From a virus: a stretch of DNA of 50,805 bases. The position numbers and the translations under genes were made by a program. This document shows, one piece after another, positions 49,263 to 50,805 of the stretch (the first letter of the stretch is position 1; every line of letters begins with the position of its first letter). The stretch lies in the IMG/VR virus record IMGVR_UViG_3300025159_000004, positions 1 through 50,805 of that record. One strand, given 5' to 3'. The notes under the pieces were generated by a model. That model was not told the origin of the DNA and made no database searches. It was given only the letters and a program-made list of their open reading frames with translations.

Positions 49263-50020
49263 AGAAGACAGAGACGTGGGCCGTGCTCAATGACATCCAG
49301 ATCCCCTTCCACGACGTTCCGGTGTTGGCAAACGTCCTGAGCTTCATCCAAGACCTCAAGCCACAGGGCGTTATACTCAATGGTGACGTTGTCGAGTGCT
49401 ATGCTATCAGCAACTTCACCAAAGATCCTATGGAGCCTAGTAGCCTCACCAACGAGCGCATGATTGCTGGCGACCTGATGAACCGTCTCAGCCACGTCAA
49501 ACATAAAATCTGGCTGGGAGGAAACCACGAAGATCGTCTACGGAGCCACGTCTGGCGCAACCGAAAAGAGTGGTCGCGTGCGCTCGGGGTGCTCGGCGTA
49601 AGCATCGACGTGTCATTCGAGAGTCTCTTTACGCCGCGCAAGTATGGCTTTAAGTATACACCATATGGGACATATCACATGCTGGGAAAGCTTATGGTCA
49701 CCCACGGCGAGTTCATCAGCAAGCACTCAGCATTCAGTGCCAAGATGCACATGGATCGCTTTGGGACGTCAGTGCTTCATGGCCACACGCATCGCCTTGG
49801 CATCCACTACCGCACAGACATGAAGGGTGTACACGGCGCATGGGAGAACGGATGCTTGTGCGTCGTCAACGCCCGGGAGTGGGTGCATTTCCCTAACTGG
49901 CAGCAGGGCTTTGCCATTGTCAACGTGGCACCGGATGGCATGTTTAACGTCCAGCAAATCCCGATCCTTCCTGACAAGACGTTCATGTTCGGTGGATTAC
50001 GGGTGGGAAAGGAGGGCTAA
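49259..50020 (+). CDS. calcineurin-like metallophosphoesterase (Mre11/SbcD-type motifs)
   Basis: Motifs NDIQIPFHD, NGDVVE, GGNHE, VTHGE and HGHTH. The start was set to ATG 49259 (ATGA overlap with polA). Confidence 0.75.
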   Translation: MKKTETWAVLNDIQIPFHDVPVLANVLSFIQDLKPQGVILNGDVVECYAISNFTKDPMEPSSLTNERMIAGDLMNRLSHVKHKIWLGGNHEDRLRSHVWRNRKEWSRALGVLGVSIDVSFESLFTPRKYGFKYTPYGTYHMLGKLMVTHGEFISKHSAFSAKMHMDRFGTSVLHGHTHRLGIHYRTDMKGVHGAWENGCLCVVNAREWVHFPNWQQGFAIVNVAPDGMFNVQQIPILPDKTFMFGGLRVGKEG

Positions 50021-50022
50021 CA

Positions 50023-50232
50023 ATGCGCTACTACAGCCCCAAGGTGGGTGAGTGGTTCCGCGCCACCTGGCGTAATCAGCGGATTGCTTGCTGCGACTGT
50101 GACTTGGTTCATAAGATGGATTTCACCGTGCGGAAGGGTAAGCTCCTCATACGTGCATTTCGGGACGAGCGCGCCACAGCCATGAAGCGCGTATGGGCGA
50201 AGCGGAGGGCAAAGTGTCGGAAGAATACGTAA
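50023..50232 (+). CDS. hypothetical basic protein (69 aa)
   Basis: ORF 2 nt after the upstream stop; contains CCDCD. Confidence 0.6.
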   Translation: MRYYSPKVGEWFRATWRNQRIACCDCDLVHKMDFTVRKGKLLIRAFRDERATAMKRVWAKRRAKCRKNT

Positions 50233-50477
50233 TCCTTGTGCCTAAGGCGATTGCCATGAGGATCAAGACGTGCTTGACAGCAGCAACCGCGGCGCAGTTG
50301 CTTCCACCGTCTACAACGGCACGCGAGTTTATCCAGAACACCTTGCTGGCCAACGGCTTGCTGCTCGTGGAAGCGGATCTAAAACAACGCGAGCGTAAGA
50401 CCGCGCTCATAGTTTCCCCGGAGGACTCTCTGAAACAGATGCGGAATCTTGGTACGTCACCTTGGCCGCGACGTTAG
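50214..50477 (+). CDS. hypothetical protein (87 aa), GTG start
   Basis: GGAGG lies 5 nt upstream of GTG 50214. The track start at 50193 is less well placed. Confidence 0.5.
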   Translation: MSEEYVILVPKAIAMRIKTCLTAATAAQLLPPSTTAREFIQNTLLANGLLLVEADLKQRERKTALIVSPEDSLKQMRNLGTSPWPRR

Positions 50478-50777
50478 ATGGCACCCACTAAACCCCTGAC
50501 CATTTGGGTCCATCCTCGCTGGGCCAAGCATCCGGCCATCTGTGAACTGGAGACTAAAGGGCATACTATCGTGGATATGGGCCAACCAGGCCCGTGGGCT
50601 GAGCCGGATCTCATCCTTCACCCCTCAGCTTGGCGCTGGAATGAAGAACTCTGGAAGTACATCGACATCACCATCAAGGAGGCTCGGCGTGCTAAATATC
50701 CACCCGACGGGGTCGACACTCCCATCAACACTAGAAAGAACGCTCGTCATCCAGCCAGACATCGCGGGGATGCCTGA
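50478..50777 (+). CDS. hypothetical protein (99 aa) running into the terminal repeat
   Basis: The ORF ends inside the 99-bp repeat. Its stop overlaps the ATG of the ORF annotated at 64. Confidence 0.65.
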   Translation: MAPTKPLTIWVHPRWAKHPAICELETKGHTIVDMGQPGPWAEPDLILHPSAWRWNEELWKYIDITIKEARRAKYPPDGVDTPINTRKNARHPARHRGDA

Positions 50778-50805
50778 CTCACGATATGTGCTCATCGTGG
50801 GTAAT
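50707..50805. repeat. Exact 99-bp terminal direct repeat, copy 2 (identical to 1-99)
   Basis: Read directly. Confidence 0.95.

Overview
The window is a complete dsDNA tailed-phage genome that closes on itself. Bases 1-99 are identical to 50707-50805, giving 50,706 unique bp (circular or terminally redundant assembly). No integrase, tape-measure or sheath gene was recognised. Gene sizes and order look podovirus-like, which is an inference. Two divergent arms leave a ~1.2-kb repeat-rich non-coding control region (32846-34067) and converge at ~2030-2072.

The leftward late arm (minus strand, 32845->2030) encodes, in order:
- an HTH/small-terminase-like protein, two Gly-rich proteins, TerL and the portal
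- three tiny basic proteins, scaffold and an HK97-type capsid protein
- tRNA-Thr(UGU) and a tRNA-like acceptor/T-arm minihelix
- a collagen-like fibre, a repeat-containing fibre and a DUF2341-BNR-LamG spike
- large virion proteins, including one of 1106 aa
- a lysis cassette: three holin-like ORFs under 60 aa (absent from the ORF track), DUF2353-neighbour DUF1353 and an M15 endolysin

The rightward early/replication arm (plus strand, 34068->50777, continuing over the junction to 2072) encodes, in order:
- three small early genes followed by a strong terminator, then a lipoprotein
- a MoxR AAA+ gene, an AT-rich ORF and a VWA/metallopeptidase gene
- many small zinc-finger proteins, an ECF-like sigma factor and one reverse-strand RecA/RepA-like ATPase
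- a Cas4-like nuclease, a Sak4-like ATPase and an SSB-like protein
- an initiator-like tRNA-Met-like element inside an ORF
- a UDG-like::PolA fusion, a metallophosphoesterase, an NT5C-like nucleotidase and a DUF1599/MazG-like protein

The items most worth follow-up are the tRNA minihelix, the tRNA-like element translated within an ORF, and a 7-member LAG-CxxC...HCxxC zinc-finger paralog family. Also worth follow-up are the MoxR-X-VWA triad with a low-GC middle gene, the repeat and operator architecture of the control regions, and the nucleotide-pool enzymes together with the UDG-like polymerase domain. All functional calls rest on motifs read by eye; no database search was possible.
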